In this document: positions 1 to 9,153 of the stretch, piece after piece
Layout of the letters: every line of letters starts with the position of its first letter
Position numbering within the stretch: the first letter of the stretch is position 1
IMG/VR virus record: IMGVR_UViG_3300009176_000002
Span: 6,147 to 70,146 of that record
Reading direction: 5' to 3' (one strand)
DNA length: 64,000 nt
Origin: a virus
The notes under the pieces: generated by a model
Databases searched by the model: none
Told to the model about the DNA's origin: nothing
The model's input: only the letters and a program-made list of their open reading frames with translations
Translations under genes and position numbers: made by a program

Positions 1-20
1 ACGATCGCCCTTGTCAGCCA

Positions 21-326
21 TCAGCGCTTCCCACCCGCGAAGCCGCCACCCTTGCTGAAGCCGAACTTGCTACTCGACTTCTTGCCGAACGGCTTGCCGT
101 CGGACTTGCCACGACCGCCCTTGGCGACCGCGGGTGAGACCGGCGTGTCGCGGTAGCTGCCGGTCGAGGCGGCGGAGGTCGGGGCGCTGGCGCTGGCTTT
201 CTGGAATGGGGGCATCGCGCTGTCTCCTGCGGGGCTGCTGCCGGGGCGACTCCCGCGCTGACCGTTGCTGACGCGCCGCGTCTGCACGCGGTGGATCATG
301 TCGTCGAAGGATTCACCCGAGGCCAT
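21..326 (-). CDS. Small basic Gly/Lys-rich hypothetical protein (alternative start at 215)
   Basis: ATG at 326 overlaps the upstream TGA; an in-frame ATG at 215 has a GCAGGAGA RBS; the stop overlaps the ATG of the next gene, which runs off the window. Confidence 0.55.
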   Translation of the reverse strand: MASGESFDDMIHRVQTRRVSNGQRGSRPGSSPAGDSAMPPFQKASASAPTSAASTGSYRDTPVSPAVAKGGRGKSDGKPFGKKSSSKFGFSKGGGFAGGKR

Positions 327-502
327 CAGCGACGCCCTCCTGCGAGGGAGCGGGGGGCTGTGGGGCGCTTGCTGCCTTCCCACTTCGAGGAACCAGGCTT
401 GCCCTTGGCGATCGAGCCGTAGAAGACACGCTCGCCCTTTGAGGGGCCGTACTGGTCCTGCATCGAGCTGAGGACTTTCGATCCGCTGGGGGTGAGGGGC
501 AT
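326..502 (-). CDS. Small basic phage protein (MPLTPSGSKVLSSMQDQYGPSKGERVFYGSIAKG...)
   Basis: 58-aa ORF translated by hand (below the ORF-track cutoff); resembles MPLT..K....M..QYG..KG..VFY small proteins of phage head modules; TGA/ATG coupled to the next gene. Confidence 0.6.
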   Translation of the reverse strand: MPLTPSGSKVLSSMQDQYGPSKGERVFYGSIAKGKPGSSKWEGSKRPTAPRSLAGGRR

Positions 503-550
503 GAGCTGAGAGTTAGCGTCAGGGGAGATCGGGAGGGCGTCAAGCCCCCC

Positions 551-1789
551 TCAGCGCGACGAGGGCGGCGCTGGCGGTGGCGTGGCGAGCTGATCGCGCG
601 ACTGGCCGGTGCGCAGGGCATCGAGTGCGCGCGGGGCGGCGGAGGCGGCGAGGGGCGGGAGGAGGCCGTACTTGCGCGCGATCGAGATCAGGTTCTCGGT
701 GCCGGGGAACATGACGATGTTGCGCGTCAGGGTGGGCTCGGCCGCGACCGCCTCGGCGAGCAGCTGCTCCCAGTTGGCGAGCGTCGTCTGTGCGAACTCC
801 AGCATCAGGGGTGAACCCGCGTGCTTGATGGCGTTTTGCGCCTGGCGAATCTCCTCCTGGAGGTAGGGGATGTCGCTCGCCTGGGTGCGGGAGACTTGAT
901 CGAGATACTTGATGCCGGGGATACCGATGTCCTTCAAGTAGCGTGACGCCACCTCCCCGCGTCCGAGACGAGAGTACACATCCGCCCCTGTCGGGACGCC
1001 ACCATAGGCGCGAGAGCCCGTCAGTCCGAGTTCTCTAGCGGACAGCCGCGTGCCGAGTTCCGTCTGGACGGGCACACTCTGCGCGTTGATCGGCGCGTCC
1101 CAGTCGAGGAGGTGCTTGGGGTCGGCGGCGATGTTGACTTCGTACATCTTGCCGCCGTGCGTGGTGCGGATGCCACGGGCTTCCGCGGCGTCGAGGATCT
1201 CCAGCTGATTCTGCAAGGCGTTGCGGGTCCCGTTGTCCCACGAGGGAACGTGGTCGAGGTCGAAGCGCAGGTCGTCGCGTGTCTTCGCTACGATTGCTGT
1301 GTCGGGCAGATCGGGGAGCTTGGCTCGCTTGTCCGCGAGACGCCGGATGAGACGCGGCTGGGGGGAGAGATCGCTGCTCCAGGAGGGCACCTGTTGTGGC
1401 TGCCCCATGATCTCGACCGTTGGCGTCGCGAGCGCATCGCGGTAGTGACGCGCGATACCTTCCGCCTCGGCGAAGTAGCCCCCATGCCCGTAGGCTTGCG
1501 CCCCCTCGCCACTGCCGATCTTGCTGAAGTCGAACTTGTCGAAGTCGTGCGGCGAGCCGTGATAGGCGCGAATCGCCTTGCCCAGGTACTTCTGCGCGAG
1601 CCCCATCAACCCGCCGCTCGGCCCGACCTCCATCGGCGCCGCCATCGCGACGACCTGCGACTGCGGATCGTCCGCGCCGACCAGATGTCCCGCCTTGCGC
1701 GCGAGCCGCTTCCACATCGGGTCGAAGACGGAGGCGTTCTCCGGCTTCATCCACTCGGGAGTGGGGTTGGCGATGATCGGGCCGGGCAT
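551..1789 (-). CDS. ADP-ribosyltransferase-like (ART-PolyVal-type) protein, probably virion-delivered
   Basis: Motifs AYHGSPHDFDKFDFSKIGSGEGAQAYGHGGYFAE, MYEVNI, GIPGIKYLD and TRNIVMF are typical of the ART-like domain in phage polyvalent/ejection proteins. Confidence 0.65.
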   Translation of the reverse strand: MPGPIIANPTPEWMKPENASVFDPMWKRLARKAGHLVGADDPQSQVVAMAAPMEVGPSGGLMGLAQKYLGKAIRAYHGSPHDFDKFDFSKIGSGEGAQAYGHGGYFAEAEGIARHYRDALATPTVEIMGQPQQVPSWSSDLSPQPRLIRRLADKRAKLPDLPDTAIVAKTRDDLRFDLDHVPSWDNGTRNALQNQLEILDAAEARGIRTTHGGKMYEVNIAADPKHLLDWDAPINAQSVPVQTELGTRLSARELGLTGSRAYGGVPTGADVYSRLGRGEVASRYLKDIGIPGIKYLDQVSRTQASDIPYLQEEIRQAQNAIKHAGSPLMLEFAQTTLANWEQLLAEAVAAEPTLTRNIVMFPGTENLISIARKYGLLPPLAASAAPRALDALRTGQSRDQLATPPPAPPSSR

Positions 1790-1797
1790 CGCTCAGC

Positions 1798-1935
1798 TCA
1801 CCGGGGGAACAGCGCCAGCATCTGCACGAGCGTCAGCAGCAGCACCGCGATCCACAGCGGCGCGCGGCCGATCGCCGAGCCGATCGTGATAGCGAGCGCG
1901 AGGAGCACGAGCACGCCGGTGACGGTCAGGATCAT
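1798..1935 (-). CDS. 45-aa membrane peptide with two hydrophobic segments
   Basis: MILTVTGVLVLLALAITIGSAIGRAPLWIAVLLLTLVQMLALFPR; AGGAGG RBS upstream. Confidence 0.65.
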   Translation of the reverse strand: MILTVTGVLVLLALAITIGSAIGRAPLWIAVLLLTLVQMLALFPR

Positions 1936-1961
1936 GGCTGCCTCCTACGAGTGACTTCCTG

Positions 1962-4112
1962 CTATTTCTTCGACTCGGTGATCGTCTGTCGCCCGCCGGG
2001 CTGATCGTTCTTGGTCTCCTGCTGCGGCGGCGCCCCGCCCGACGCTTTCCTCCCCGCTGGGTTCTCGGTCTGGCCAATCCCCAGCATCGACTGCGCCTGC
2101 AACCGTTCGGTCACGGTGACCGGGACGCGCAGTTCGAGGATCGTGCCCATGCCCTGATCCATCGTGAAGGTGCGCGACGTCGCCGGGTCGGTGTACTGCG
2201 GCAGCGGCATCATCCCGGTCGCCATCGCCTGGAGCGCGCCGGGCGTGTTCTGCACCTGGCCGAGCATCTGCGCCAGGACGTCCGGCGGCGGCGGGCTGAG
2301 CGGCGGCAGTGGGATGGCCGGCGGGGCGCCGACGTTGGGGGTTTCCAGCGTCTCGTGCAGCGACCAGAAGTCGTAGTAGCCCATACGCGCCAGCTGCACG
2401 CGCATCATCTTCCGCTCCTGCGCGTCCATCGCCAGGACAGAGTTGGGCGCGATGATGAAGATGAACTGCTTGGTCATGAACTGCGCGCGCTGGTCGCGGG
2501 AGGTGGTGTTGAGATCGAGTTCCGGCGTGTAGCCCTCCTGCCCCGGGAGCAGGCTGGGGACGAACTTATCCGGGTCGAAGTCGAACTCGTTCAGCATCGC
2601 GCCGCCCTGGCCGAGCACCGCGATGCGCTTGGCGGTCGAGAGGAACTGGAAGTAGTTCGACTTCACCATCTCGGAGAAGTCGCGCAGGAACAGCTCGACC
2701 TGGCGCGCCTCGTTGCGGATCTCGGGCGTGAGCGCCTCGTAGTACTTCTGGATGGTATCGGCCGAGGGCATCTGCCGCAGCTGCAGCAGGGCGCTGAGGT
2801 TGGCGGTGCCCGAGAGGTCCGCGAACTTGGTGGTGAGCTTCTCCCACATCTCGATGCCGAGCTGAATGATCTGCGGCGCGGGGCCTTCCTCCTTCTTCCA
2901 CGGGTCGCCGAAGCCGGGCATCACCTTGACCCGCTTGCCCGGGCGGCGCGGGTCCATCAGCTTCATGGTGGCTTCGGAGACCGCGGTGCGGTTGTAGGTG
3001 ATGTCGGGGTTGGTCCACTGCCGCATCGCGAGGCGCACGTCCTGGACCGTGTCGTTGATCGCGTCCTGCAGCGGGAGGAGGTCGTTGAACAGCGGGATGC
3101 CGAGGAACTGCCACGGGACGCTCCAGAGCTTGAGGCGGCAGAACGGGAACATGCCGTGCCAGTAGGTGTTGGGGCCGTCGTAGATGATGGTGTCCTCGGT
3201 GGCGACGAGCAGGCGGCCGCGCGGGTAGAGCGGCTGCTTGGGCTGGACGAGATACGCCCAGTTGGTGCCGGCGGCGCCCATCGGGATCGCCGAGCTGGTG
3301 AGGTTGCGGGTGCGGTCCTTGAAGTAGGCGCGGTAGACGACGATCGAGCCCGCGCGCGCTTTCTTGAGCGTGCCCGCGGAGCCCGGCCAGGCGATCGAGT
3401 CGAGCGGGTCGGAGGGCGAGAGCAGGCGCGACAGGCCGGTACGGAAGCGGCCCATCACCTGGCCGAGCAGGGTGTCGGTCGAGGCGTTGAAGAGGTGCGC
3501 TTTCGCCGGATACATGCCGCGCAGGACGTTGACGGTGTGCTCCTCGCGGAAGCAGACGCCTTCCCACAGCTGATTCGATCGGCCGAAGCTGGGGCGCAAG
3601 GGCAGGGTGTCGCGCGGGTCACGGGCGGTCAGCTGGTGGGCGCCGCCTTGCGGGGCGTGCGGGTCCCAGTCGACGACGAGATCGCCCGTGCCTCCGGCGA
3701 GCGAGTACTTGACGCAGTCGCCGAGGTCGAGGTCCATCATCGTCGTGACCCACTCCGACATCAGGTACTGGTTCAGGAGGTTGGCCTGCACCTGGTACTC
3801 GGGGTTGGTCTTCCAGCCAGCGACGGGCTTGAGGTCGGTGATCGCCGAGACGTGCGCCTGCATCGCTTTGCGGGTCTCGTTGATGGTCACCTGCGGCAGG
3901 TACGAGAGCTTGCAGGTTTCGGCCGAGCGCTGCTGGCCGGTGATGTAGTCCTGCGCTTTTGAGATCAGGTCGTAGCTCGGGTCCTGGCGGTTGATGAGGT
4001 CGCCTTCTTGCACCCACTCACGCAGCCAGCTGAGGACCCGCGGGTCGCCGTTCTGGAGGGTTTCGATGGTGGCGCGCGGCAGGTCGGGGATGGCGGAGGC
4101 GGAGAAGGCCAT
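1962..4112 (-). CDS. Portal protein (podovirus-type)
   Basis: 716 aa, downstream of terminase; FPFCRLKLWSVPWQFLGIPLFNDLLPLQDAIN segment typical of P22-like portals; Pro/Gln-rich C-terminus. Confidence 0.8.
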   Translation of the reverse strand: MAFSASAIPDLPRATIETLQNGDPRVLSWLREWVQEGDLINRQDPSYDLISKAQDYITGQQRSAETCKLSYLPQVTINETRKAMQAHVSAITDLKPVAGWKTNPEYQVQANLLNQYLMSEWVTTMMDLDLGDCVKYSLAGGTGDLVVDWDPHAPQGGAHQLTARDPRDTLPLRPSFGRSNQLWEGVCFREEHTVNVLRGMYPAKAHLFNASTDTLLGQVMGRFRTGLSRLLSPSDPLDSIAWPGSAGTLKKARAGSIVVYRAYFKDRTRNLTSSAIPMGAAGTNWAYLVQPKQPLYPRGRLLVATEDTIIYDGPNTYWHGMFPFCRLKLWSVPWQFLGIPLFNDLLPLQDAINDTVQDVRLAMRQWTNPDITYNRTAVSEATMKLMDPRRPGKRVKVMPGFGDPWKKEEGPAPQIIQLGIEMWEKLTTKFADLSGTANLSALLQLRQMPSADTIQKYYEALTPEIRNEARQVELFLRDFSEMVKSNYFQFLSTAKRIAVLGQGGAMLNEFDFDPDKFVPSLLPGQEGYTPELDLNTTSRDQRAQFMTKQFIFIIAPNSVLAMDAQERKMMRVQLARMGYYDFWSLHETLETPNVGAPPAIPLPPLSPPPPDVLAQMLGQVQNTPGALQAMATGMMPLPQYTDPATSRTFTMDQGMGTILELRVPVTVTERLQAQSMLGIGQTENPAGRKASGGAPPQQETKNDQPGGRQTITESKK

Positions 4113-4114
4113 GC

Positions 4115-4156
4115 TGTGTTAGGCTCCCGCGGTGAGGTGATGACTAGGAGTCATGG
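4115..4156 (+). promoter_or_regulatory. Extended -10 promoter (TGtTAGGCT) plus operator-like site TGATGAC-TAGGA-GTCATG
   Basis: -10 hexamer identical to that at 11034; motif at 4138-4155 matches the repeated operator consensus. Confidence 0.5.
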
Positions 4157-4166
4157 AGGCTGAGGC

Positions 4167-4658
4167 GTGAGCTACTACGAGACGATCGACGAGGACATCA
4201 AGCGCGCGCGCGAGATCCTGGAAAAGGGGCGCGGCGGCATCGACATACTGACCATTCACCATCCCGACGGCACGACCCACACCCAGCGTGGGAACCTCGG
4301 GGAGGGAGCGATCTACGGCGCCGACATCTACGCCGCCTACAAGCTGCTGGAGAGCTTCGTCGCCGAGATCGAGCGGCTCCAGCCGTGGCAGGACGCCATC
4401 ATCGACGCCTGCGTGGTCGACTGGATCTTGACCAAGGAACACGAGACCGACCCGCGCAAGGCCGTCAACGACCTGCTCGCGTGGCAGCAGCAGCTCGCGC
4501 TCGACCCGGCGATCTCCGAGCCTGCGGCGAAGCTGCACACGCAGATCGCCGAGCAGACCGTCGAGATCGAGCGGCTGCGCGCCCTGGTCGACGCGGTCGG
4601 CGAGAAGGTCTGCGAGACGGCGCTGCGCCTGGAGAAGCGCGTGCGGGAGAAGGAGTAG
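4167..4658 (+). CDS. Hypothetical coiled-coil protein (Ead/Ea22-like features), paralog of next gene
   Basis: GGAGG RBS; LLESFVAEIERL helix; shares motifs with 4662-4982. Confidence 0.65.
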   Translation: MSYYETIDEDIKRAREILEKGRGGIDILTIHHPDGTTHTQRGNLGEGAIYGADIYAAYKLLESFVAEIERLQPWQDAIIDACVVDWILTKEHETDPRKAVNDLLAWQQQLALDPAISEPAAKLHTQIAEQTVEIERLRALVDAVGEKVCETALRLEKRVREKE

Positions 4659-4661
4659 CCG

Positions 4662-4982
4662 ATGGACAACGACCTGACGAACGACCTCAAACGCGCGCAC
4701 GACCTGCTGGAGAAGGGCAAGACCTGCCCGTACTACAACCCCGATCACAACGCCGAGTGCCTGCACTGCGACGACTGGGCGGACGAGCATGGCGAGCTGA
4801 CGGCGGAGGAGCAGTGGCAGGTGTACCGGTTGTTCACCAGTTTCGTCGAGGCGATCGAGGAGCTGCGCGCGACGATCAAGGTCGACGAGCAGACCATCGC
4901 CCACAACATCGCGACCATCGAGATGCAGACCGCGACGATCCAGTGCCTGCAGATCCTGCTGCATCAGTCCTTCGACAAGTGA
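4662..4982 (+). CDS. Hypothetical protein with Cys/His cluster, paralog of previous gene
   Basis: AGGAG RBS; CPYYNPDHNAECLHC; LFTSFVEAIEEL. Confidence 0.65.
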   Translation: MDNDLTNDLKRAHDLLEKGKTCPYYNPDHNAECLHCDDWADEHGELTAEEQWQVYRLFTSFVEAIEELRATIKVDEQTIAHNIATIEMQTATIQCLQILLHQSFDK

Positions 4983-5464
4983 TCGAGCGCGCTCGGGGTG
5001 CTCTCGTTGATGCCAGGCCCGAACTCGGTGTCCGCCACGCTCGCATCCCGCTTGAGCGCCCCGGCGTTCTTTTTCACCCAGGCCGGGTCGGGCTGCGCGC
5101 CACCCGTCCACCCAGGCGGGGCGAGCGTGTGCACGTCCTTGTTGCTGTCGGTGTTGGCCCAGCGCCGGAAGACGATCGGCTCGCCCTCGCCGTTGCGATA
5201 CGCCTGCTCGCTCTCGCGCTCGATCCGCCGCATGGTGTGGAGGCTGTCGACCTCGACCAGGTTGCCCTTGCCGTCGCGACAGGTGAAGCCGCGGAACCCG
5301 GCGCCCTTGACCGCGCCGATGTCCATCGCGCGGGTAAAAGGAATCCAGGAAGTGGATTGACCGCAGTGAAGCGGGGCGCCCGCGGTCGCGCCGATTGCGA
5401 TCGGGACGTTGATGTCCACGAGCACCTGCCCGCAGACCTGACACCAGAAGTCGTGGAGCGCCAC
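4964..5464 (-). CDS. FmdB-like zinc-ribbon protein
   Basis: N-terminal HDFWCQVCG...HCG; lies between terminase and portal. Confidence 0.6.
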   Translation of the reverse strand: MALHDFWCQVCGQVLVDINVPIAIGATAGAPLHCGQSTSWIPFTRAMDIGAVKGAGFRGFTCRDGKGNLVEVDSLHTMRRIERESEQAYRNGEGEPIVFRRWANTDSNKDVHTLAPPGWTGGAQPDPAWVKKNAGALKRDASVADTEFGPGINESTPSALDHLSKD

Positions 5465-5465
5465 G

Positions 5466-5882
5466 CTAGCCTCCCTTGTAGAAGAGTTCGTCCTGCAGCC
5501 GATCGACCACCGCCTTCATCTCCTCGGCGACCGACCTCCCGCGTTTGTGGGCGCGGTGGCGCAACTCCTCCAGCTGTCCCGGTGTGAAGGGGATGCGGAT
5601 GTCGCCGACCTGGATGCTCGCCAGGCGCGCGACCGCGCGAATCAGCTCGCCAGGGCTGCGGGTCGTGCCGATGCCGGTGACCTCCTCGATCTGGCTGCAC
5701 TCGAAGCGGGTGAGCGTGAGCGCACCGGACGGCGCCACCGGCAACGCCCCGGCGACCAGCTCGGTCAGTAGCTGCTGGATGTCGGCGATGACCGCCCTAG
5801 GCGCGCGTGCGGTCGTCGAAGTAGAGCCCGCCGGGATCTCCCTCGCTGAGGGAGTAGACATCGTCGCTGACGGTTTCCCCAT
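5466..5882 (-). CDS. Hypothetical protein with C-terminal ribbon-helix-helix-like segment (start uncertain)
   Basis: IRIPFTPGQLEELRHRAHKRGRSVAEEMKAVV fits the Arc/RHH pattern; overlaps terminase 3' end. Confidence 0.55.
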   Translation of the reverse strand: MGKPSATMSTPSAREIPAGSTSTTARAPRAVIADIQQLLTELVAGALPVAPSGALTLTRFECSQIEEVTGIGTTRSPGELIRAVARLASIQVGDIRIPFTPGQLEELRHRAHKRGRSVAEEMKAVVDRLQDELFYKGG

Positions 5883-8097
5883 GGTCGATCTCCGTGTCGT
5901 CGGCTTCTTCAGCCGTCGCGGGTGAGTTCCGGTAGTCGACGACCGCGCGCTCGCCCTTCTCCTGGTTGAGGGCGTCGAGCGCGGCCTTGCGGCGTCGGCG
6001 TTCGGCGACCGGCTCGATCTCGCCCCCGGACATGCGCCAGGCAACGTAGAAGCCGATTGCTGAGGCCATCACCGCGTCATCGTGTTGCCCGCGCGCGGCT
6101 TCGGCTTCGCCGATTGTCGATTGCGTAATGAAGTGGCGCAACTCCCCCCTGGTGATCGGACTGTTGAGGATGAAGTCGGGCAGAGAGGAGAGCGGGTCGA
6201 TGGTGGTGATCGCGGAGTGGTAGCTGGCGAGCAGCAGCGGGCGCGTGCGCGGCGAGGTCATCCAGCCGATGCGGGTCGAGTAGCGGCGCTCGGCGTTGGC
6301 GGCGTCGGCGTACTCCCAGACGTAGAACAGCCCGTAGCCCAGATGCAGCTGCAGGACGTCCTGGGTCGCCAGGCCGTGGCTGTTGGTCTCGATCGCGGCC
6401 ATCGCCTCGATGCCGTCGGCGTCGGTGTAGTAGCGGCCGATGGCGTCGGCGACAAAGGCCAGCGCCTTGGGGTCGAGCTTGTTGGTGCAGTACTGGGCGA
6501 CCTGCTCGGCCGGCTCCTTGATGGTCGGCTGGCGGATGACGTCGATGATCGAGTAGTCGCGGCCGAGGCCGTCGCTGACGTCGACCGACATGATGTAGCG
6601 GCGCTCGCCGCGCAACCGCGGGTACTCCCAGATGCTGAGGACCGAGTGGCGCAGGTTCGGGAGCTGCGCCAGTTGCGACTTGTCGAGGCGACGAAAGCCG
6701 TAGCCGGGCGGGACCGGGTTGGTGTCCTGGCTGACGCCGGTCGAACGCGGCGAGCTGTGGGGCGAGAGCGGCGGCACCGGGCGCTGCGGCTGGATGTCGG
6801 GGTTGTCGCCGGGGAGCAGGTCGCGGCGCAGCTGCGCGATCTCCAGCGCCGGCTCGACCGTCCAGACGTCCTTGAGCGGGCGGAGCGATCCGGCGCGGTC
6901 GATCGCTTCGAGCTGCTCCAGCGTGAACACCGAGCGGCCGGCGTACTGGAAGCACTCGTGGTCGTCGGCCGGATACTCCTTGAGGAACTTGTAGAGCTGC
7001 CCCTTCGATTCGTAGAAGCGGCGCGTCTTCTCGTACCAGTAGAGCTGATCGCGGTTGAGGGTGACGGTGCGGCCGCCGTACCACTTCGGCGAGTCGCGCT
7101 CGCACTTGTCGGCGTGGGCGACGGTGGAGCTGCTGGGGCTCCAGTCGATTGGCGCCGGGAGCGAGTACTTGCTGGGCTCCGCGCTCCAGGGGATGAAGAT
7201 GTTCCGGAAGCGGCCCTCGCCTTCCCCCGAGGCGAGCCAGTGAGTGTGCCACCAGTCACCGGCGTGCTCGGCGGTCGCCTCGTAGAGGACGAGCGTGTCG
7301 GCGTTGTAGGGGATGGCGGGGAGGAGCGCGGTGTCGAGCTGTTCGGGGTTCTCCCAGGTGGGGAGTTCGCTGATGTGCACGACCGAGAAGGTCTGGCCGC
7401 GGCCGATCGATCCTTTGCTGCCTTCGGCGCCGGAGACTGACTGGAGCGCGCCGCGGGTCGACTTGCCCCAGGCGGTCTTGAGGTAGCACTGGTTGGTGAG
7501 GCTGAGTTCGCGGTTCTTGGTGAAGTAGACCTTGCCGGGGCGCAGGAACCAGGGCAGCTGGTCGTAGAGCCGCACCACCATGCGAAAGAGGTAGCCGGCC
7601 TGGTCCTCGACGTCCGCCCCGCACAGCGCGCGGACGTGATGGCGGGTGACGATGCGGTGGAAGACGAGGGATTCGGCGAAGGTCGAGACGCCGAGCTGTC
7701 GGGCCTTGAGGATGTTGAGGAGCAGGCCGTCGGGGCTGCCGCTCTGGACGTTGGCCATTTCGAGGCGGGCGAGCTGGTCGAGCACCAGCTTCTGGCTCTC
7801 CCAGAGCGGACAGAGCCTTCGCAGCCCGTGGCCTTCCTCGTCAATCCAGCAGAAGCGCTCGGCGAAGTAGGGGTAGTCGAAGATGACCCGCAGCTTGGTG
7901 GCGTTGATGAAGCGCTGCTCGTCCTCGGTGAGCGCGCGGCGCAGGGTCGAGGACTCCTCGTCGTAGGCGTAGGAGATGTCGGCGGTGAAGGTCGCGGAGT
8001 CGTCGGGGGAGTACCAAGGCAGCGGGCCGTCGAAGACGGAGAAGAAGTTGTCGGTGACTTCGGCTTCGTCCTCGGCGATGAGGTCGGGGTGATACAC
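5797..8097 (-). CDS. terL: Terminase large subunit
   Basis: Walker A-like ILKARQLGVST, Walker B-like VVHISE, coupling motif YEAT, nuclease acidic residues SVDVSDGLGRDYS and HDDAVMA. Confidence 0.93.
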   Translation of the reverse strand: MYHPDLIAEDEAEVTDNFFSVFDGPLPWYSPDDSATFTADISYAYDEESSTLRRALTEDEQRFINATKLRVIFDYPYFAERFCWIDEEGHGLRRLCPLWESQKLVLDQLARLEMANVQSGSPDGLLLNILKARQLGVSTFAESLVFHRIVTRHHVRALCGADVEDQAGYLFRMVVRLYDQLPWFLRPGKVYFTKNRELSLTNQCYLKTAWGKSTRGALQSVSGAEGSKGSIGRGQTFSVVHISELPTWENPEQLDTALLPAIPYNADTLVLYEATAEHAGDWWHTHWLASGEGEGRFRNIFIPWSAEPSKYSLPAPIDWSPSSSTVAHADKCERDSPKWYGGRTVTLNRDQLYWYEKTRRFYESKGQLYKFLKEYPADDHECFQYAGRSVFTLEQLEAIDRAGSLRPLKDVWTVEPALEIAQLRRDLLPGDNPDIQPQRPVPPLSPHSSPRSTGVSQDTNPVPPGYGFRRLDKSQLAQLPNLRHSVLSIWEYPRLRGERRYIMSVDVSDGLGRDYSIIDVIRQPTIKEPAEQVAQYCTNKLDPKALAFVADAIGRYYTDADGIEAMAAIETNSHGLATQDVLQLHLGYGLFYVWEYADAANAERRYSTRIGWMTSPRTRPLLLASYHSAITTIDPLSSLPDFILNSPITRGELRHFITQSTIGEAEAARGQHDDAVMASAIGFYVAWRMSGGEIEPVAERRRRKAALDALNQEKGERAVVDYRNSPATAEEADDTEIDHGETVSDDVYSLSEGDPGGLYFDDRTRA

Positions 8098-8106
8098 CAG
8101 CCCCGC

Positions 8107-8721
8107 CTAGTACACGACGTTCGGGGCCGGCCACGGGTAAGGGCTGATCTCGCCCTGCCCACCACCCTGGTCGCCCGCCTCGCCCACCCCGTTGCCACTG
8201 CCCCAGCCACCGCCGGGGCTCCAGCCTGGGTTGTCGTTGCTGCCCCAGCCCCCGCGCCCCATCAGCCCGCCAGGGTAGCGACGCCCCGGGCCGAAGGGAC
8301 CCGCGCCGCCGACGGCTACGCCAGGGGTGAGCGGAGGCTGCGGCCGCTGCCAGCCCGCACCAGCGGCGCCGCCGGGGTAGCCAGGTCCGGCGCCACTGGC
8401 GTTGCCGCCCGGGGGCGTCTGGGGCTGCGCCTGCTGGCCGGGCGTACCCTGCGGCGGAGGTTGTCCAGGTTGGCCTGGCGCGGGCATCTGGGGCTGCATC
8501 TGCTTGGCGATCCCGCCCATGTTCGCGACCAGCTGGCCGATCGGCGTGCCCTGCGGCTTGAACCCCGGGACGCCCTGGGCGCCAGCTTTCGGGGCACCGG
8601 CACCGCCGCCGCCCGGGCCACCCATCCCCATGGCCTGGCCCATCACGCCGAGCTGGCCGATCTTCTTGCCCATCGGCCCCGGCGTGCTCAGCCCCTGGAA
8701 GTTCTGTGACATCGCGCCCAT
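8107..8721 (-). CDS. Gly/Pro/Gln-rich hypothetical protein
   Basis: GAGG RBS; fills the gap between GNAT and terL. Confidence 0.6.
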   Translation of the reverse strand: MGAMSQNFQGLSTPGPMGKKIGQLGVMGQAMGMGGPGGGGAGAPKAGAQGVPGFKPQGTPIGQLVANMGGIAKQMQPQMPAPGQPGQPPPQGTPGQQAQPQTPPGGNASGAGPGYPGGAAGAGWQRPQPPLTPGVAVGGAGPFGPGRRYPGGLMGRGGWGSNDNPGWSPGGGWGSGNGVGEAGDQGGGQGEISPYPWPAPNVVY

Positions 8722-8724
8722 GGA

Positions 8725-9153
8725 TTACCTCGTACCGAACGCCACGGCGGCGTCGGCGACTGTCAACATGAACAGCTGCCCCGCCACCGGCGCGAAGCCA
8801 AACCGCGTGAGGAGGTCGGCGACCTCCGGCTGGGCGTCCTCGGCGCCGGTGTAGACCTGCTCGATCCCGGCGTTGTGGAAGCTGGCGAGGGCCTCGCGCA
8901 GCAGCTGGCGCAGGATGACGCCGCGGGTGGCGCCGCGCTCGCGGGGGTCGATCCACCAGCAGTCCCAGTGCATCGCCGTGAACAGGCTGCAGCTGCCGAC
9001 AATCTGGTCGCCACGCTCGACCACCAGCACCGACCAGCCGTCGGGGTCGGGCAGGCCGCACGTCCGGAAGGGCTCGATCGCCGCCAGCCGGTGCCACTCC
9101 TCGGCCGGGAGGAAGCGGTAGGAGAGGGGGACGTCAATCGCCGGGGGCGGCAT
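8725..9153 (-). CDS. GNAT-family acetyltransferase-like protein
   Basis: VLVVERGDQIVG, WWIDPRERG, LLTRFGF pattern. Confidence 0.7.
   Translation of the reverse strand: MPPPAIDVPLSYRFLPAEEWHRLAAIEPFRTCGLPDPDGWSVLVVERGDQIVGSCSLFTAMHWDCWWIDPRERGATRGVILRQLLREALASFHNAGIEQVYTGAEDAQPEVADLLTRFGFAPVAGQLFMLTVADAAVAFGTR

Noticed and set aside
2355-3962. Long antisense or alternate-frame ORFs (also 6258-8210, 44241-46304, 52034-53566, 59526-61598)
   Set aside because: Shadow ORFs of GC-rich coding sequence overlapping well-supported genes; no motifs
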